A stretch of 64,000 bases of DNA from Paraspadella gotoi (lineage: Eukaryota > Animalia > Chaetognatha), in NCBI GenBank assembly GCA_051294375.1, contig JBJCIZ010000744.1, forward strand, positions 148,206 to 212,205, written 5' to 3'. Below the pieces are notes generated by a model, which worked only from the letters and a program-made list of their open reading frames with translations, made no database searches and was not told the DNA's origin. How positions within the stretch are numbered: position 1 is the first letter of the stretch; every line of letters begins with the position of its first letter. Shown one piece after another: positions 52,293 through 64,000 of this stretch. Position numbers and translations under genes: made by a program.

Positions 52293-55064
52293 CTTTTCCT
52301 GTTTTTGACCGAAGAGTTCTCTGTCCGCGGAGACCCCGCTAATCGCCTCGACTCCTTAAATCCTGTGTCGACGTCAACCTTTTTCTTTTTTTCTTTTTTT
52401 CTTTTTTCTTTTTTTTTTCTTTTTTTTTCGATTCTGCATTCTCGGTTTCTTTTTTCTTTCTTTCCTCCTTTTATTTCTTCCATTTTTTTCTTTTCTCCTT
52501 TCCTCACTTCCTACTTTTATCTTTTCCTTTTTTATTTCAGTATTTAGTTCTTGGTTCCGTTCCTTCCTTCCTTCTTTTGTTTCCCTCCTTCCCTGTTTTC
52601 TGCCCTCCGACCTTCGTCTTTCCTTCCTTCCTTCCTTCCTTCCTTTATTTCTCCTTTTAGTCCTTCCTTCCTTCTTTTGTTTCCCTCCTTCTCTGGTTCC
52701 TTCTACCTTCCTTCCCTGCTTTCTTCCCTCCTCTTTTCTGTTCTCTCTTTCTCCCTCCGACCTCTTCCTTCCTTCCTTCCTTCTTCCTTTATTTCTTCTT
52801 TTAGTCCTCTTCTTCCTTCTTTCTTCCTCCTTCCTCCTTTTTTTCTTTCCTCCTTCCTTCCTTTTTTCTTTCCCTTTCTTCCTAATTCAAATCTTGCAAT
52901 CTTCTCTTCTCACGTCTTCTTTGTCCCTCTCGCCCCCCCTTCCCCGCCCCTCGCCCCTTCCACACCCCCTATATCCTATTCCCCTCTCTCTCCCCCCTCT
53001 TAACCCCGTCGAATCCTTAATCACCGAGTTTCATTTAAGGTTTCCTTTCTTCTCGCTGCCTTCATTATTCATTCCGAAGGCGATTTGTACGCGTGCTTGA
53101 CAGCGCGGCGGCTGCGGCGGAGCAGCGGCGGCGGCTGCGGCGGAGGCGGCTCGCTGCGCCTGCGCCTGCGGAGGCGGCGATTTCGACGCCAGGTTCTTTC
53201 GACCGCTGAAAATCATATAAAACACGATCCGCAGAATGCTAAGTTTTTATATTTATTTTCTTATAGGCTTATTTGAATTCGAAGACGAGAGGAGAGAGAT
53301 GAGAGAGAGAGAGAGAGAGGAGAGACCGAGAGAGGAGAGAGAGACGAGAGAAGAGAGAGGAGAGAGTCAGGCAGACGAGAGCGAGAATCGGCAATATATG
53401 CTACTGCGATAATTTTATATTGTTGTACCCTCCCATTCAGAGTATCAATATTCACATCATTTTCCTCTTCTACACATCAAAAACTCCTAACTTCCATATC
53501 CGTCCGCAGATGGAACATCTCTTCTCCCATTCTCTCTCTCTCTCTCTCATCCTCTCTTTCCTCTCTCGTACCTTGCTCTCTCTCGCTCTCTCTCTCTCAG
53601 TCGTGCTCTCAATCTCTATCTCCTCTCGCGTCGTTGCTTCAGCGGTCTGATATTTCAAAATAGAAAAGTATGAGAGGGAGAGCAGAGGAGAATTTATTTC
53701 TCTTCTAGTCATCCGACTGCAAAAAAATTGAGTTCGAGCTCCTGACCACGACCTCGCGTCGTCGAGTCAAAGGTGAGAACTTCCCACTGGGTCTCTGTGC
53801 TCTTCGTTCACCGTCGTCTGTCGAATGTAAGTGTGTTCAATAAGTGACCCTCGATCTCAAATTCAGATTTTTTTTGTCTTAGTTCACTGTTTGGTGTGAA
53901 TATTTATTTATTTGTGCAGGTCTATCAACGTAGGAATGATTATATATTGCATGAATATCAATTCTCCTAACAAGTTTATTTCTGAGGATGTTCCTTAATC
54001 TATTCATTAATATTCAGAGTACGGCAGTGTAAAAGGACAAGAGATCCAAGAGAACTCATTAGATTTACAACTCTGAACCACAAAAAAAAATCGAGTGTTA
54101 TCTTATAGAAAGTTTAAGCAATAAAATGTGAAGAATTAATATTAGCACAGAAGCCAATGTTTCCGATCACGCCTTCAAAGCAGTACGACACTGAGAATAG
54201 TACGAGTGAAGAAAAAAGGCCGAGCCCTATGAGGGGATATGAAGAACATGATAAATACATAGAAGAGAACGCCCCAAGGGAGAGAAGTGAGCGGAAATTA
54301 ATATTAACGTGATGCGTCTCAAGCTTATGTAGCCTCGTATCGCTGTTCAGTTGTACACATAGTAGACAGATTGTCATTGTGTATCCCTGTTGGGGCCAAT
54401 TACGTGGTAAATGGCTACTTCGAGAAAGTAAAGACGTGAGGGCCGGTAGTCAGTAATAATTAGGTGACAATAAAATAATCATGATTGAGAAGGCAATGAC
54501 TCGATTTCTCCTCCTAGCGATTGGAGCTAGCTGGTATGTGAAGGTCTGGTGTAGTTGAATGAAAAAATACCAGGAGGTGAGGACGATCGAACGAACTGAT
54601 TACCCACGATCGAATATAACCTAGAATATTGATCGCCGATTTGGAAATCGTTGCATTCAATAGGTTACCGGAGATATCAAGAGAATAATGGTTCTCCGTT
54701 TATGTTCTCCTCCTATTCGTTCTTATGTTTGCATTTTATTGCGTTCTTTTGTTTCTTCTTATCCTCCTCCAACCTTAGTACACCTCATTGGCGTCAATTT
54801 GCTAATTCCAAATTCCAAACCCTGATCTCCTCTATCACTTCTGTGTACCCTTCCTTCCTTCTTCCTTTCCTTCCTTCCCCTTCCTTTTCCTTCCTTCCTT
54901 CCTCCTTCCTTCCTTCCTTCCTCTCTTCCTTCCTTCCTTCTTCCTTCCTTCCTTCCTTCCTTCCTTCTTCCTTTCCTTCATCTCAATCCTCCAATAGAAC
55001 TTCTTCCGTATTTCGTCTCCGAATCGGCGCCTCGAGATTTTAGGTCATTCAGCTCTCTCGCTCT

Positions 55065-61638
<6,574 letters not shown>

Positions 61639-61830
61639 GCTCGTTCGTTCGTTCGTGAGTAACGTTTTATTTCATCGAGTCATCGTTTTTCATTGAGATT
61701 ATTTTTGTCTGAAGATGAGGAGTCGAGAACTTATTCAACTAAGCCAAGCTTCCGATTTCATGATAGCTTTCCGTTGAGTCATGATTAAACAACGCCTCCT
61801 AGCGATCGGCACGAAAAGGACTGGAAAGAA

Positions 61831-61873
<43 letters not shown>

Positions 61874-63619
61874 CTTCCTCAAAAAATACTCGTCCGACAA
61901 GTTTTCGGGAATCGCGACTAAAAAACAAAAGACATCCATTATATCTTAGATAGATGGAGACAGTTTTGCGAACAAAATAGCAATTGTGGAAACGAACGGG
62001 CTGAGCAAATATGATCCAAATTTACTTTTGAATTAAAAGGATTTAAATAGTATCTCTGATGTACCGTGCATCATTATTGATTTCATCCCTGCGAATAAAA
62101 ATAATATAACAGGAAAAAAGTATTTTTAACCTCGGGTTGAGTAGATGTTCCCTTTATTTCGAGAAGATAATACTAACATCCCTCTCCCCATTATAGTAAA
62201 ATTATGTAAGTAAAACTAATAAATATATTTAAAATCTATTGAGAATAGATTTTTAACTTTATATAATTTTTCACAATTTAGTTTATTATAGTGAACAAGT
62301 AATTTCGAAATTATCATGAATTTTATTTTTTAAATTACTTGAATAATCTTATTTTAACCCCCCCAGCGTCTTCTTTACCTAACGAATTTGAACAATTCGC
62401 CACTCCCCACCCTCGCGTTCTCCTATCATATATCTTATTTATAATTATTTCTTCTCTGTTTTTATCTCCACTAAATTATGCGCGCGGTTTTTCCTCTTCT
62501 CTCTCTTCTCATCATGAAGGGCTCCTCATCATTCGCGAACGGTTCGTCGTCGTCGTCGTCGTCGTGTTATCATCATTGGGTCGTCTGCTCCCTCGTTCTG
62601 GTTACCGCCCCCTCCTTCCGTCTTTCTCTCTCTCTCTTCATCTTCTCTCTCTTCATCTCTCTCTTCTTTCTCTCTCTCTCTCTTCTTTCTCGGCCGGTTT
62701 GGCCAAGTAAGTCTGGACATGGATGACATTGACATGCTCTTCTCTCTCTCTCTCTCTCCTCTTCTCTCTTTCTTCTTCTTCTCTCTCTCTCTCTCTCTCT
62801 TCTCTCGCCACGTCCACACCTCCCTCGCGCCTCTTCTTCCCGCCGGGCGGTGGTGGGGGGCAGTGGTCCAGTTGTGGAGGCGGCGGACAAGTAGCGCGGT
62901 CGAATCGGTCGATTGTGTGTGTTGGCGAAAGAGGACGATTCCTGTGTGGAGACGGCAGTGGGCGTGTCCGGGTCATCGAAGGAAGAGAGGGGGGGCGAGG
63001 GGGGCGTGCTCTTCACTTCGGATTTCGCTTCCCGTTTCTCACTTTTCGTCTCCTTATATTCTTTCGTTGTTGTTATTGTTAAACCTTACCTTTTCTTATT
63101 GTTAAACCTTACCTTTTTCAACGAAGGATTCTCCAATCTCCACCCACCGCTAATTCGATCCCACCTCGTTGCAAACTTACCTCAAACATGAAGCCCCTTT
63201 CACTTGTTCTCTTCCTCACCTATTCCGCTTTCCTGAACTGAAACTAAAAACTGACCAGCGCAGGAATAAATTTTTATTGTTTCTTTACAACATAAATAGT
63301 AAATAGTTTGAATTAAACGAAGAATTCACTTATTCGATCAAGTAAGATGTCTAACATGTATAGTTTTTTTTACGTTTTTTTGTTGTATGCGTATAATTAA
63401 TGCCTTTTAAGATAATGAAGAAACACCCTTATTTTCCGCATTTTTTTTAGTCGGATCTGCTTATCAGCAGATCCCGACAAAGTGGCAGCCATTCATAATA
63501 TATAAAAAATCTGTTGGAACGTTTTAAACACTAAAACTAGATCACGATGATAACTCATATTACATTTGTAACATTGTTACCCATGACTATAGTAAAAATT
63601 CCGAAGCTTAATTTCGGTC

Positions 63620-63770
63620 ATATTCCCCCCCCCACGTCGCTAATCCCGATTTTACGGATATTCCCCCCCCCCCCACGCTCGCTAAATCCCGATTTACGGT
63701 ATTCCCCCCCCCACGCTCGCTAATCCCAGATTACGGATATCCCTCCCCCCACGCCCTAATCCATTACGCG
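63620..63770 (+). repeat. ~40-bp tandem repeat ATTCCCCCCCCCACGCTCGCTAATCCCGATTTACGGAT
   Basis: About 4 noisy units. Confidence 0.8.
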
Positions 63771-64000
63771 ACGGAAGAATAGGAAAACGCGCGTCAGTGG
63801 TCAGGATCGCTCCGGTCTCGGGGCGGTGACCGGATAACGGAGTGCGGACCGAACCTACGCCGGGCTAAATGGCCTCGCCGATGAGAGAGAGAATGCGATG
63901 ATCCCGCACGAGGCGCTGTCCAGTCCGAGAGGACCCGAGAGTACCCTGGAGGAGAGATACAGACCGAGAGAAGAGAGAGAAGGAGAGAAGAAAGAATAGA

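Noticed and set aside
53095-53205. GC-rich exon-like island on the minus strand
   Set aside because: No partner exons, consensus donor or recognisable product.
53725-53760. tRNA/SINE B-box-like GAGTTCGAGCTC
   Set aside because: No A box or cloverleaf is discernible.

Overview
Eukaryotic (most likely invertebrate animal) draft-assembly DNA: microsatellite-rich, intron-containing, with four large N gaps and six exactly-25-N gaps flanked by indel-rich, long-read-quality sequence. Four main elements are present. (1) A 5'-truncated Ty3/Gypsy element with a CsRn1-like CHCC gag (minus strand, ~6.5-10.7 kb). (2) A non-autonomous hAT element with TIRs and a perfect 8-bp TSD (12555-14163). (3) A ~7.5 kb coding-dead LTR retroelement on the minus strand, with a 276-bp 3' LTR, a PPT, a tRNA-Leu-like PBS, only ~36 bp of 5' LTR, decayed pol and a probable nested LINE fossil. 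It occurs twice in a 10,025-bp tandem duplication that is probably an assembly artefact, and a third copy of the flanks shows the empty site. (4) A 10-coding-exon receptor tyrosine kinase gene with an Ig-like ectodomain (minus strand, 55065-61638, ~887 aa by manual splicing). Most ORFs in the supplied track are low-complexity artefacts. No CRISPR, tRNA or rRNA genes are supported. All calls were made by eye; no searches were run.
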